From contig NC_087250.1 in NCBI RefSeq assembly GCF_037042905.1, forward strand, positions 15,502,001-15,566,000: a stretch of DNA of 64,000 nucleotides, read 5' to 3'. Position 1 is the first letter of the stretch; each line of letters starts with the position of its first letter. The notes under the pieces were generated by a model that was given only the letters and a program-made list of their open reading frames with translations, was not told where the DNA came from and did no database searches. Position numbers and translations under genes: made by a program. This document shows positions 39,734 through 53,064 of this stretch, in pieces. Source of the stretch: Lytechinus pictus (lineage: Eukaryota).

Positions 39734-41851
39734 TATATATATATAAATATACATATATATGACAGTCCTTCTATGCATTCTTCTTATAAAAGAACATAAA
39801 TATATAATTAGATAATTCGAGCGCGAAGCGCGAGCTATTTTTTGTGGAAATTTCATGTATTTTGTCCTGAAAATTGAACATTTTGAGCAATGTTTGTGGT
39901 CCAAGATGCGTATGTAACAAATAATAATTGTGAGCGCGAGCAGATATTTTTTTATATACGCTCTGGCCTGATCGAAAGGGACGTGTTATAAGGACTGTTT
40001 TGCAGTTACCCATGAAGACGATACATATATCAACAATCAAATAATGCGAGCTGAAAAATTTGACATTCCGACCTAAATACTGGACATTTTAAGCACGTTT
40101 TTAATTATGAGCAGGATAGGTATATTTACAATTGATGCGAGCGCGAAGCGCGAGCGGAAACAAAATTGAGATTTCAGACCAAAAAAAACGAGAGATTCTA
40201 AGTACTTTTCTAATCATGATGAGTATAAGTATAAAACTATACAATTGATGCAAGCGCGAAGCGCGAGCGGAAATAAAAATGAGATTTCAAACCTAAAAAC
40301 GAGACATCTTATGCACTTTTCTAATCATGAACAGGATATGTATATAACTATATAATTGATGCGAGCGCAAAGCGCGAGCGGAAACAAAATTGAGATTTCA
40401 GACCTGAAAACGGGACATTCCATTCATGTTTTGTAAATCAAGAAAATGATGGGTAATTGGATATATTCTTAAATTAATAATGTGAGCGCGAAGCGCGAGC
40501 AGAAAATTTTTGATATTCTGATCTGAAACTCCACACTGAATGTAAAATGGTTTGAACAGATAAAGAAAACTCAGACGAACATAAGAATAAAGATTTGATC
40601 AAAATCAGACAAGGAATCACAGTTATTGCATTTTAAAGATTAGCATTATTCCCCACTTGTTCTCTTGTATTTTATTATATAAAATTAGGTTTATTCAATA
40701 TTTTCCTTTCAAGAACCAAAACAGTTGAATTGACAACTGATTTAGTCCATTAGATATTCTTTGCTGCAACTTATTTCATTATAAGGGAGACATATCATTC
40801 ATTCTGGTATGAAAAAAATGAAACAATTTTGATTCCACAAGGAACAGCTAGGATAGTGGGGATGTGACAGCATCAGCCCACCTATTAAATATTCATGACG
40901 ACATGCATATCACCATTTTCATAAAATATTGCTAAACTTTAGAATTAAATAACTTAACTAATCGTTATCAGATTTTGATAAAATGTATTTATTTTAATAA
41001 AATGTATTTGATATAAATATTTTCAGCCCGGAGTACCCCCCCCCCCAAAATCAAGCTGGTGAAGCTGCGTATCTGAATAAAACATGCGTGCGCGTGTTTA
41101 GAGTTAGACCTATATAGTATCCGGGCATTCTAAATACATTTTTTATGATAAAAATCAATAATGCGAGCGCGAAGCGCAAGCAGAAAACATTTGATATTCC
41201 GATCTGAAAGAGAGTGAATTTAAACACTATTTCAAGTAATGTGTCAGAAAATTCTGAAGTGGGGGGGGGGGGGGGTTCTACAAAACGTCGTTCATTTTCA
41301 TTACATCTCTGTCATTTATCATACCTACCACTAGATTTCCAGGAGGTGCGCTGCCTATATATATAGAAAATAACACACGCAGCACCCCCAAATTTTGGTG
41401 TTGCTTCACCCCGAACACCCCCGCTTCCCAGCCCGTAGGGCCATGGGGCAGGGCGAAAAAGACTGTGAAATTTGATTTCTATTACTTGTAATTTTTACTT
41501 GTAACTTGTAATTTTTGTATACAATACACGGGCGGTCGGGCGCGCGCTCACTTGATTCGACATAAAACCTGGAAGTTTCAACCACCCCAGTGTGTATCAC
41601 GTATTGCGCGCGACTTCGTCTGTATCGGAGTGGCTGCCCCGCTGGAGCTTGATTGAGTCGCGTTTAATATAGGAGGGATGTTATTGGAATATGTGAAAGA
41701 CTATATAAATGATTTGCGATTGTCTGATGTGATAATTATGTACATTATAACATATTTAAAAAAATACAGGGGGAACCTAATTTCGTGGGGGTGCTGCCTA
41801 TGGAAAATAATACACGCAGCACCCCCAGCACCCCCGCTTCTCAGGTCCCTG
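39565..41851. mobile_element. hAT-like non-autonomous element
   Basis: CAGGGACCTG...CAGGTCCCTG; 8-bp TSD GCGGTATG; internal ~115-bp tandem GCGAGCGCGAAGCGCGAGC units. Confidence 0.8.
39663..39760. repeat. (CA)n(TA)n microsatellite
   Basis: Seen directly. Confidence 0.95.
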
Positions 41852-42196
41852 GCGGTATGTGACCTTGATGACTTGTCAATCAAAGCATTGCATCGCAAAT
41901 AAAAACTAGGTGACTGCATGACAATTGCATTATCTACGGAAGTGCTTAAATGGTCATGTAAGCTCCGCCCCCAAAAGATGTTTTGGAGGTCAAGCCTTTC
42001 ACACGCAAAATTCGCACGGTAATTTGAGTGAAACTTTACTGGAATTCACATCAGGAGTAGAATTTGAATTCGTGATTGTGATTAGCCTTCGTGATTCTAG
42101 TTTAGTTTCACACGTGCTAAAAAGTCGTCATTAGCCTCATTTTTCACTGGAATCATCATTCAAATTACGGGATCCAATTCCATGATTTTTCAAGTG

Positions 42197-42474
42197 CACT
42201 GCAAAAACACCGGCGTTGTTTTAACACCAGCCCGGAATCTATATGTCCACACCAGAGAAGTGTTTAACAACACCAGTTTGGTTTTGGTCTAACACCAGAT
42301 AGGTGTTTATACAACACCAATTAGTATTACAAACAGCATCGGTTTGATTCTAAACTGGTGTTGTTTCAATACTTCTCTGGTGTGGAAATATATTTATAGA
42401 TTCCGGACCGGTGTTAAATCATGGACCTATTCTAGTAGGTCCATGGTTAAATCAACACCTGAGTTTTTGCAGTG
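42197..42474. mobile_element. CACTG MITE, second copy
   Basis: Same family as 27768-28009; 2-bp TSD TG; carries a 26-bp hairpin insert. Confidence 0.85.
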
Positions 42475-42645
42475 TGCCTTTTGGGGATATTCTTCAGCTT
42501 AAACATACTTTATAGACACTATGATTACATACAGTATTTAGTGTTTCTGTGTTAAACTGTGTTTAATAATTTTTTTTTCAATCTGCTAGGTGGTAAGAAT
42601 AAAAAACAAACAAACCTTTGTCTCATATCTCATTGTTTTCTTTAG

Positions 42646-42702
42646 TGTACTCGGCTGTGATCTCATATTTCTACTGGAAAGGTAGCAATGATAGCAATCC
42701 AA
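42646..42702 (+). CDS. FN3-repeat protein, putative small exon 2
   Basis: Polypyrimidine + TTTAG acceptor; 57 nt open (VYSAVISYFYWKGSNDSNP); A|GTGAGT; phase 1-1. Confidence 0.45.
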
Positions 42703-42796
42703 GTGAGTATGTTCATCTTGTTTAGGGTGACATTTATGATAACTGTGCATAATACCTCCAGTTTAGATTTCTATTTTTAGAACCCCCTCCCAAACC

Positions 42797-43131
42797 CAAG
42801 GGCGGAAATCTCTCCCCAAAGGTAGGGAGCTTAGGGGATGGAAAATTTGACAAGCAAAAGAAAGAAAGAAACAAAAAAGGTTATCACGCCAAATGTTAGG
42901 TGTTTTTCGACCAAAACAAATTTGACAAGCAAAAAAAAAAGAAAATAAAAGAAGGTTGTCACCCAAAAAGTAAGGTCATGTCGTCCAAAATACATGTATT
43001 ATTTCCATTTGAAAGATGTTTTTTTTTTATCATAAAAGACACAAAAATAGTAGGGGGACATTTAATATTGTGTCCCCCTACTATTTCGAGCAGAGGGGAC
43101 ACGTACGTCCCCCCTGGGATTTTCGCCCATG
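42797..43131. mobile_element. hAT-like MITE
   Basis: CAAGGGCGGAAATC...GATTTTCGCCCATG; 8-bp TSD CCCAAACC. Confidence 0.75.
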
Positions 43132-43899
43132 CCCAAACCAATATAACTCTTAAGGAAAGGAAATAGATATGGGAATCGTAACTCCCAAGGAACAAGTAAT
43201 TTTGCTAATGTTGCCACTTAAATCTGTAGTTAATGAATGTTTAGCTGGATATAGAAAGGTCAACTGTAATTTTTTTTTACTGCCCCAGGAAATCGTGGAA
43301 CATCAAATGGTTCTAATGAATTTTACTGAATAGGCACAGTGGCCAGCAGAGAAAAATATCTTTAAAAATGCATAAAACAAGAGAATGGTCAAGAGAGAGA
43401 GAGAGAGAAATATCAAAGGTGATGTAAAAAAATATTGAAAAACATTTTTTTTCTGTATATCAGTATCAATTGCAATAAGGCTATAAACTGATCAAATAAG
43501 ATAGCTCTATTTTATTTGGCTCTTTTATGGGATTTCCGTCAACATTTCATTGAAGATTGATGACACGCATGCACTTTTAAACAAAATGATCAAAACTTTA
43601 ACAATAGTTGTTAGACTGACTGGCATAAACATCCCGCTTAGATTTTAAACAGCGTTTTTACAGTTTAATAATGATAATAATAGTTATAATAATGATTATA
43701 TAGAAGTAGCAAATGTAGCATTATTACTAATAGTATGAAATGATGATAAACCCACGTCTGACGTCATTGGTTTATGTTTATACCAAATCGAAAAAGGTAC
43801 CCAGCATTACTCCAAAGAGTAATCTATTTCGTCCATTTCGATATTTCAATCGTGATGGTTTTAAGGAGAAAGGTGGACTAACAGACTGGCATAATGTCT

Positions 43900-44990
43900 T
43901 TGCATTTGGAGATATTGATGGCAAATTTACTGTATTTAAAAATATGTTCATTGTGTAAGATTCTACTTTGTTATTTATTGTGTATATTTTAATGTTTTTT
44001 ATTAATCTGATAGACAGGGCCCCTTGGCAGACCAATACTCGATATTGAAAGGGCATAAAGGGCTACACTGTATAAAAAAGTCCAAATACAAAAAAAATGG
44101 AGGGATTCCCCAAATGCTAAAATTACATGTCATGGTGGGGATTCCCCACCGCCTAGATGAAAGAGGGTCAAATGACCGAGAGCTTGATTGATGGGTTCAT
44201 GTCTTTTTTTTCTGGAAGGTCTGAATAAATGGAAACTCAATAAGCGGGATGCAAGACTTGTAGTGTTTCGAGATATTGATGGAAAATGGAATGTATTTAA
44301 AAATATGTTCATTATGTAAGATTCTACTTAGTAATTGATTGTGTATATTTTAATGGTTTTTTTAATCTGTTTAGACAGGGCCCCTTGGCAGAACAATACT
44401 TGATATTGGAAGGGCATGAAGGGCTAGCCTGTATAAAAAAAACAAATAAAAAAAAATGGTGGGATTCCCCAAATGCTAAAATTACATGTCATGGTGGGGA
44501 TTCCCCACCGCCTAGATGAAAGAGGGTCAAATGGCCGAGAGCTTGATAGATGGGTTCACGTCTTTTTTTTTTCTGGAAGGTCTGAATAAATGGAAACTCA
44601 ATAAACGGGATGCAAGGCTTGTAGTGTTTGGAGATATTGATGGAAAATGGAATGTATTTAAAGATATGTTCATTATGTAAGATTCTACTCAGTAATTTAT
44701 TGTGTATATTTTAATGTTTTTTAAAATCTTTTTAGACAGGGCCCGTTGGCAGAACAATACTTGATATTGGAAGGGCATGAAGGGCTAGCCTGTATAAAAA
44801 AAAACAAAAAAAAAATGTTGGGATTCCCCAAATGCTAAAATTACATGTCATGGTGGGGATTCCCCACCGCCTGGATGAAAGAGGGTCAAATGACCGAGAG
44901 CTTGATTGTTGGGTTCACTTCATGTCTTTTTTTTCTGGAAGGTCTGAATAAATGGAAAATCAATAAGCGGGATGCAAGGCTTGTAGTGTT
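43900..44990 (+). repeat. Tandem repeat, ~359-bp period, ~3 copies
   Basis: GGGATTCCCCAAATGC recurs at 44102, 44461, 44820; each unit has a LINE-like 3' hairpin plus oligo-A. Confidence 0.9.
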
Positions 44991-45027
44991 TAACCTTTCT
45001 TGGGCATCAACCTTGTATTACCCTTCT

Positions 45028-45231
45028 CAGGGGTGGATCCAGGATTTTCCAAGGGGGGGGGGCACATTTTCCGAGAACAATTTTGACAAGTAAAAAAAAA
45101 GTCTTCACTTTCAAGGGGGGTGGCTAACTTATATTCTAATGGCATTAAGTTGCATTACAAATTTTAATTGTGCCTGTCAAAGAGGGGAGGGGGACACGGG
45201 CCTGCTTTGCCCCCCCCTGGATCCACCAGTG
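45028..45231. mobile_element. hAT-like MITE
   Basis: CAGGGGTGGATCCAGG...CCTGGATCCACCAGTG; degenerate 8-bp TSD ACCCTTCT/ATCCTCCT. Confidence 0.6.
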
Positions 45232-46267
45232 ATCCTCCTCCCCTCACACTTTCTTACTTTACAACAGTGTTGTGCATGGTGCCGTAATGCCCGGCCTTGG
45301 CCTTACGCTTAAGGCGCTTTAATCAAAGCCTTGAACCTTGAAAGGGCCTTGGTCTTGTCATTGAGGATTTGGGGCCTGAAATTTCAAGGCTTTTTCAAGC
45401 AATTTTGTACTTTCAATTGTTTTTCATGTAAGTGATTATACATTTTCTAATTGTTGTGTATATTCAAGGACGATAATGGCCTATACTACTAGTCAGCAGC
45501 AGCAGCATATAGTTAGTGGATTATAGCAGTGTCACGAATTGTAGTTATCACTGTTATCATCACAGCAAAGAAAACATTAATGAGGAAAAAATGTTGACAA
45601 TGGCACTGGTAATGTAATAATGACTAATGATTATAATAACAATTGATAATTACATTAATAACAAATATGATAATAATAATGATGATAGTAATAATGATAA
45701 TGATTATAGGATGAAAATAATAAAAATGAATCTAAACATGATGATGAAAGTAATAATAATGATAGATCTGACTGCGATTTCGACAATAATTATCATAATT
45801 TAAAGCATACCTAACTCGAAAGAATTATAGCAAGGTTGCATGATTTTTATACTATTAGGTTTTTCCTTCTTTTATTTCATTTAGAGTCAAAAGGGGCATA
45901 TTAAGCTTTCGATCCTAGCAGAATCTTCGTCGGAGGCAAAATGACAAACATATAAAGTGGAACAACCATGATATAGACCACAGACATGCAACAGCAACAC
46001 TCATTTTATTCAGCCAGCAAAGATGATTAAAGTTTTAATGACAATTAAAATTGGATAAACTTAAACACAATCTTCAATTCTGTCGTATTAAAAATGACTA
46101 TGCCAATAGCATGATGGGCCAAAAATTTCGAGGGGCCAATATTTGCATGTTTTTTTTTTTCAAACAAGACACCCTCGTGACCATGCATTGACATGTTTTC
46201 AAATATTTTTCCACAACTCTGAAAAGTAAAAAAAAGGATAAATGACCCGAATTTCTCATTTATTTAG

Positions 46268-46585
46268 CCTTGCCAACTCTGCCCACTCTGAAGAATGCAC
46301 CCGAATTAGTCAGCGTTGCGAACTCGTTTATTTCAGTGGGATGGAATCTTAATTACACTGGTGACGGTCCAGTCTGTGGGTCCAACGTCTATGTCCAACA
46401 TCCTCTGTCGACATCGTGGTTGAGTGTCGGTTTTGTTCCCGTTGAAGAAGATGTATCCTACTACCAATTCGTGATTGACCGACTGGACGCTGGGACCACA
46501 TATGGTATTAGTGTACGTCTTCTCCATTGCTCGGGGAAAGAAGGGGCAGCAAGCCCCGAACTATCCGCGTCAACACAGAATTATG
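46268..46585 (+). CDS. FN3 domain exon A1
   Basis: AG/GT bounded, phase 1-1; ISVGW...GDGPVC...LDAGTTYGISV. Confidence 0.85.
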
Positions 46586-47415
46586 GTAAGTTGATTTCCC
46601 CGCCCCTTGTGCGTATTGGTCCGTATTGCGAAGTTGGATTTGATTTAAACTCTTGTCTAAATTTGTGCAGGCATTTTATCACACAAAACCGCATATACGC
46701 TTGCTATAAACAGGATAAATTATTCCAGTAAACGGACGATTGTATAATAAGCATAGTAGCATAAGGACCAGAAAATGCGCTCTTTGAAACTGGCCACTTT
46801 AAACCTGTAAACATATGGTATGCCAATGAAAAGATACAGGGGGGGGCGATTGTAATTGAGCAAGGCTGGAAAGCGACCGAGCACGAAAATTCGGTGTTCA
46901 TTTTCCCCAAATCGGACCAAATCATTTCGAATGAACATGCTATACGACGGGTACGAGTAAAAGTTCGTTTGTATGTTTTTACCAGAGAAACATAATAGGG
47001 CGTTTCGACGGATTCGAGAACTTAAAAAAAATGTATTGCCAAACTCCCTTCATGACAAAACATAATCAATCAGTCTTTGTCGAAAACAGAAGAATCAAAA
47101 CAGTTTCATCCTGGACCCTAGACAAACTACATTATTTTGCAAGTTTTCGTCAGCTCCTTGCCGTTTCACCAATTTTCGACAAGCCTCCCAGCTGTTCTTT
47201 ATCGTTTGACGTGACGGGCATTTTCAATACATTTACTCTGTCCTTGGATCCGTCCCCGTTACAATTGCGAAAACACCCTATTGTTCTCAAATCAGTGACG
47301 AGAAAATAACGAACTAGTATTTTAGCTGTATTTATATCACTTCGATTAAATGCATGTTTTTTTTTAACCAACCACACAAAACTAGATAACTAACCTGAAT
47401 TTCTCATTCATTTAG

Positions 47416-47724
47416 GCTTGCCAACTCTGAAAAATGCACCCGAAGTAGTCAACGTTACGAACTCGTATATTCAGGTTCAATGGCATCTTAATTACAATGG
47501 TGACGGTCCAGTCTGCGGGTCCAACGTCTATCTCCAATATCCTACGTCGACATCGTGGTCGAGTGTCGGTTTTGTTCACGTGGAAGAAGATGTACCCTAC
47601 TACCAATTCGTGATTGACCGACTGGACGCTGGGACCACATATAGTATAAGTGTCCATCTTCTCCATTGCTTGGAGAAAGAAGGGGCAGCAAGCCCCACAC
47701 TATCCGCGTCAACACAGAATTATG
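47416..47724 (+). CDS. FN3 domain exon A2
   Basis: 309 nt, phase 1-1; paralog of A1. Confidence 0.85.
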
Positions 47725-48152
47725 GTGAGTATAGTATGTGCATAATGGTCTGTTTTCCGAAATCGGATTTGATTTGGTCTAATGTTGTGTTTTAATTATG
47801 GATAGCAAGTTGTGACATAAATATCTAATACAGGTTTGATATATAAGAAAGACACTGACTTCAGAAATAAGGACAGAGCGTAAGAACTATACCAGCTCTC
47901 TCCTATCCTGAATGAGATGAGGGCGGACAAGACCGACTGGCCCGTCCAAAATGGCCCAAAACATCGAAGAAAGGTCTACACCGTAAACCTAATCGCACTG
48001 GAATGTGACTGAGGTATAACCTTTGAAACATGCCAAAAGCCCTCGGTTATTGTGTTCAATTCTTACTAATGTCTTCAATCATGTCAATGTTATTAGTATA
48101 ATATTTTGAAAAGGAAGTAAAAATAAATTTTCTTGTTAATTTCATTTACTAG

Positions 48153-48485
48153 TTTTGCCTAGCTTGTACCAACTGCCTAGTACAAAAGCATCGGGAACAA
48201 CCTATGCTACTATCCTGTGGCAAGATGAATACGTCGGCGATGGCCCAACGTGCGGCTATGCAATCGACAGGAGGTGTATAGGAGATGATGTCACGCCTTG
48301 GAAGACAGCGGGTTTTGTGCCATTGGAACCGGGACGACAGTCAGGAGAACAGCGTGTCTTCAACCTAACTTGCTTAGAACCGTCTATGGACTACCAGGTC
48401 TCAGTAAGACCTATCTTTTGCGATGGCGCAAGGACTATTCAAGTTGGAGAAGGGCCATTATTGTTTCTAACGACTTCCACAATCG
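48153..48485 (+). CDS. FN3 domain exon B1
   Basis: 333 nt, phase 1-1; ATILW...GDGPTCGY...LEPSMDYQVSV. Confidence 0.85.
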
Positions 48486-48744
48486 GTAAGCTTATCAAAC
48501 ATTATCGGCCTATTAGTTACCTCTGCCACAGTTTCGGTAAAAGGCTAATGTGGTCATATTTATTATTGTAACAATAATAATGATAATCTTTTCACCAGTA
48601 AAACTGGCCACATTAAAATTAAAGCATGATAGGCCAATACAAAGATACAAAGGTAAAAACGACTGTAATTTAGCAAAGGTGCAAAAAATCTGGAAATAAA
48701 GAAAATAAAAATGAATGAATTACCTGAATTTCTCTCTTATTTAG

Positions 48745-49053
48745 TCTTGCCAACTCTGAAGAATGCATCTGAAGTATTTAACGTTACAAACTCGTATATT
48801 TCGGTGGGATGGAATCTTAATTACAATGGCGACGGCCCAGTATGCGGTTCCAACGTCTATCTCCAATATCCTACGTCGACATCGTGGTCGAGTGTCGGTT
48901 TTGTTCCCGTGGAAGAAGATAAATCCTACTACCAATTCGTGATTGACAGACTGGACGCAGGGACCAGCTATGGTATAAGTGTCCGTCTTTTCCACTGCTC
49001 GGGGAAAGAAGGGGCAGCAAACCCCGAACTGTCCGTGCCAACACAGAATTATG
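48745..49053 (+). CDS. FN3 domain exon A3
   Basis: 309 nt, phase 1-1. Confidence 0.85.
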
Positions 49054-49822
49054 GTAAGTTAGTTGTTCCTTGACAGGCTTAATTAAAACTCTGATCTAAA
49101 GCTGTGATTTAATTATAGATAGCCAATTGTGACATGCATCTCTGATAACAGGGGTTCAGTTTATCAGCACATTTGAGTCCCAAATCATTCGTGATTGTGT
49201 GGAAACGGCGTCGTCGATATTTAAGAATTAGGAAAGAGCAAAGCAAACATGAGATGTACTAGTAAACAATGTACACAAATTTAACATGTTTGGCTTCCCA
49301 AGATATTTCTTGGTTAAACTGACGTCTGAATACGGGCCAATATGTTCCAGTGAACTACCCCCCGTGGGGATTTTCAGTGGTTCCCTAAATTATACACATT
49401 ACGCAACAAACCATCCACTCCCATCCTCTTCTCCCTCCGACAGAATTTATTGACGACTGCTATTTCCCCCCTGATGGTTTGGGGACATATGCCCGGTTAT
49501 AAAATTGTTATATGGATCTTGATTGGCTGAAATATATCACATGACTGGTCATTTATTCCAGTTATTAACAAATTTGCTAATGACTGCTACTAATGACCAT
49601 GATTGACCGGTCATGGTTTTCAGATGAGGATAGTATGAAAAGTAGACACGTAACTTTGCTCGGGTATATGGAATAACTGCTGACTCTTCCTAGCCTTTGA
49701 AGAAACAGTCCAAAAGTCCCTCGGCTATGTGTTAAACTCTTTCTGATACCCTCGATCGTGTAAATGACGTGTAGTAATATGGATGATATTAATTTAATTT
49801 TACTTTCCATTTCATTTATAAG

Positions 49823-50155
49823 TTTTGCCCAGCTTGAACCAACACCCTAACACAACAGCATCGGGAACAACCTATGCTACTGTCCTATGGCAAGATGAAT
49901 ACATCGGCGATGGACCTACGTGCGGTTATGCAATCGATAAGAGTGGTCTTGGGGGTAACGCCACGCCTTGGATGACAGCGGGTCTTGTGCCATTGGAACC
50001 AGGTCGACAGTCAGGAGAACAGCGTGTCTTCAACCTAACTGGCTTAGAACCGTCTATGGACTACCAGGTCTCAGTAAGACCTATCTTGTGCGATGGTGCA
50101 AGGATTATTCAAGTTGGAGAAGGGCCGTTATTGTTTCTAACGACTTCCACAATCG
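49823..50155 (+). CDS. FN3 domain exon B2
   Basis: 333 nt, phase 1-1; AAG acceptor. Confidence 0.82.
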
Positions 50156-50237
50156 GTAAGCTTATAAAACATTATCGGCCTATTAGTTACCTCTGCCACA
50201 GTTTCGGTAAAAGGCTAATGTGATCATATTTATTATT

Positions 50238-50305
50238 GTAATAATAATAATGATAATAATAATAATAATAATAATGATAATAATAATAATAATAATAATG
50301 ATAAT
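50238..50305. repeat. (AAT)n microsatellite
   Basis: Expanded relative to the paralogous intron position near 48570. Confidence 0.9.
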
Positions 50306-50457
50306 CTTTTCACCAGTAAAAATGGCCACATTAAACTTCAAAACATGATAGGCCAATGCAAATATACAAAGGTAAAAACGACTGTAACTTAACAAAGGTG
50401 CAAAACATCTGGAAATAAAAAATAAGAATGAACTCCCTGAATCTCTCTCTTATTTAG

Positions 50458-50766
50458 TATTGCCAACTCTGAAGAATGCACCTGAAGAAGTCAACGTTAC
50501 AAACTCGTATATTCATGTTGAATGGAATCTTGATTACAATGGTGACGGTCCAGTCTGCGGGTCCAACGTCTATCTCAAGTCTCCTTCGTCGACATCGTGG
50601 TCGAGTGTCGGTTTTGTCCCCGTGGAAGAAGATGTATCCTACTACCAATTTGTGATTGACCGACTGGACGCAGGGACCAGCTATGGTATAAGTGTCCGTC
50701 TTTTCCACTGCTCGGGGAAAGAAGGGGGAACAAACCCCGAACTGTCCGTGCCAACACAGAATTATG
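50458..50766 (+). CDS. FN3 domain exon A4
   Basis: 309 nt, phase 1-1. Confidence 0.85.
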
Positions 50767-51535
50767 GTAAGTTAGTTGTTCCTTGACAGGTTTAATTTAA
50801 ACTCTGATCTTAAGCTGTGATTTAATTATAGATAGCCAATTGTGACATGCATCTCTGATAACAGGGGTTCAGTTTATATGCACATTTGAGTCCCAAATCA
50901 TTCGTGATTGTGTGGAAACGGCGTCGTCGCTATTTAAGAATAGGGAAAGAGCAAAGCAAACATGAGATGTACTAGTAAACAATGTACACAAAGTTAACAT
51001 GTTTGGCTTCCCAAGATATTTCTTAGTTAAACTGACGCCTGAATACGGGCCAATATGTTCCAGTGAACTACCCCCCGTGGGGATTTTCAGTGGTTCCCTA
51101 AATTATACACATTACGCAACAAACCATCCACTCCCATCCTCTTCTCCCTCCGACAGAATTTCTTGACGACTGCTATTTCCCCCCTGATGGTTTGGGGACA
51201 TATGCCCGGTTATAAAATTGTTATATGGATCCTGATTGGCTGAAATATATCACATGACTGGTCATTTATTCCAGTTATTAACAAATTTGCTAATGACTGC
51301 TACTAATGACCATGATTGACCGGTCATGGTTTTCAGATGAGGATAGTATGAAAAGTAGACACGTAACTTTGCTCGGGTATATGGAATAACTGCTGACTCT
51401 TCCTAACCTTTGAAGAAACAGTCCAAAAGCCCCTCGGCTATGTGTTAAATTCTTTCTGATACCCTCGATCGTGTAATTGACGTGTAGTAATATGGATGAT
51501 ACTAATTCAATTTTACTTTCCATTTCATTTATAAG

Positions 51536-51868
51536 TTTTGCCCAGCTTGAACCAACACCCTAACACAACAGCATCGGGAACAACCTATGCTACTATCCTA
51601 TGGCAAGATGAATACATCGGCGATGGACCTACGTGCGGCTATGCAATTGATAAGAGGGGTCTAGGGGATGACGTCACGCCTTGGATGACAGCGGGTCTCG
51701 TACCATTGGAACCGGGTCCAGAGTCTGCGGAACAGCGTGTCTTCAACCTAACCGGCTTAAAACCGTCTATGGACTATCAGGTCTCGGTAAGACCTATATT
51801 GTGCGATGGTGCAAGGATTATTCAAGTTGGGGAAGGGTCGTTATTATATCTGACGACTTCCACAATTG
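51536..51868 (+). CDS. FN3 domain exon B3
   Basis: 333 nt, phase 1-1; AAG acceptor. Confidence 0.82.
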
Positions 51869-52728
51869 GTGAGTTTATCAAAAAAATTAGGACTATATAA
51901 ATTCCTTCCTGCCAAAATCTCGGTAAAATGATATGGTGTTGGTTTAGTAGTGGGTACTAATATTATGCCATCTTTGAAGTTACTTGCGACTTTACGCACA
52001 ACTTGAACATGTTCTTAGGTTAGGGTACCACGTAGGGATATATCATTTAGCACAAGAGAGGGTCGCCATTCCTTAGATAAGGTTATTCGTAACTGACGAA
52101 AAGATTTTTAAAACACCGACCAGAAAATAATGCCAAGGAATTGGCAAAAAAAAAATTACCACTGGTGTATGAAGATGACGGAATTATAGGGGAACTGGTC
52201 CGCCAAACACTCTACAACCAAGAAAAGAAAAAGGAGAAAGGTAATGAAAAGGCAAGGCAAATGTTAGGATAAGATTATTTCTTGCTATTTGACAGTATGT
52301 CGAAATATATCGCAAAATAATATTTATATTTTCAAATGGCAAAAATCTTAACTCGCTGAACCCTTCGCTGGCTACGTTTTGTCACCATGCGCCGATCTGA
52401 AGTGCTACCTCTGATTCTTTTTCCACCATTACGCCACTGAACGTTTTTTTTAAATCGCCATCACCACTCGCAACACGTCCTTCATCATCATTAAGATATC
52501 GCTATCATTATCAATGATATCGTTTGGTTAAGTTGCTGTCAGATGCCCCTGTGGAAACCCCTCTCATTGATCTATTTTTGAAATCTTTATTATGAAGTTT
52601 GCGACGTGATTTCGTGATGAAATACACGTTCATTTTATCCGAAAATGATTAAAACTTCAAGAATGGAATAAAAATATCGGGCTTTAAAAGCTTCCTATTA
52701 TTTGCTACCGGTTTCCATCATTTTATAG

Positions 52729-53064
52729 AACTTCCGACTTTGACGACAGCCCCTATTCTGACCAATCTTTCAACGTCACACGTGGTCTTTGAGTGGAGTA
52801 GCGAACACCACGGGGATGGTCCTGTCTGCGGTAACGATATCAACCTCAAGAAGGTCGTCGACGATGACAACGAACTGTGGTTCAGTGTCGGGTTCGTACC
52901 GGTTGGCAGCGAGCTCGAGTTTTACATCGGGCACCTCGAGGCGGATACCGATTATCTAGTTGCAGTTTCGGTCATTAATTGCTTATCCGGTGAAGACGGT
53001 CCACGACGGCCTGTGTTATCATTCAGGACCATCGGGCCTGTGACGAAGGTGATTTCTCCAGCAG
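52729..53064 (+). CDS. FN3 domain exon C (membrane-proximal)
   Basis: 336 nt, phase 1-1; VVFEW...GDGPVC...LEADTDYLVAV; CAG|GTACGT. Confidence 0.82.
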
